Source of the DNA: a virus
Direction: 5' to 3' (one strand)
Length of the DNA: 64,000 nt
Virus record (IMG/VR): IMGVR_UViG_3300042691_036206
Coordinates: 2,655 to 66,654 of that record
Shown in pieces: positions 63,941-64,000 of this stretch (its first letter is position 1; each line of letters starts with the position of its first letter). The notes under the pieces are model-generated. The model was not told the DNA's origin and made no database searches. It saw only the letters and a program-made list of their open reading frames with translations. A program made the position numbers and the translations under genes.

Positions 63941-64000
63941 AAATCACGTTCTAGTAGACAAAACCCTCTAACCCCTTAACTTGCGGTCGCGTGTAAACAG

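Overview
This window looks like most of the genome of one tailed dsDNA phage with an HK97-type head and a long non-contractile tail. From left to right: (1) replication module with VRR-NUC nuclease, CGATTAAG iteron/AT-rich origin, primase, AAA_24 ATPase, DUF669 SSB and SF2 helicase (0.2-6.9 kb); (2) an early region of small ORFs driven by a repeated promoter motif, containing two tRNA-like RNAs and gene cassettes joined by a conserved junction motif (7-16.6 kb); (3) a helicase-methyltransferase fusion, a metallophosphoesterase and a probable type II R-M pair (16.7-22.1 kb); (4) an apparently intact attP carrying the 3' part of a host gene, then integrase, excisionase and a plasmid/IME-type mobilisation module with coupling protein, MOBF relaxase, RHH protein, oriT-like repeats and leading-region genes (23.5-33.5 kb); (5) an ~810-nt, highly structured minus-strand RNA candidate without a credible ORF (33.7-34.5 kb); (6) lysis, tail and head genes on the minus strand, including two tail-tube paralogues, a 20-aa-repeat fibre protein and an intein in the portal (34.5-64 kb). 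The two best candidates for new biology are the giant structured ncRNA and the combination of a virion-encoding phage with a conjugative mobilisation module. All family assignments come from motif recognition by eye; no searches or folding programs were run.
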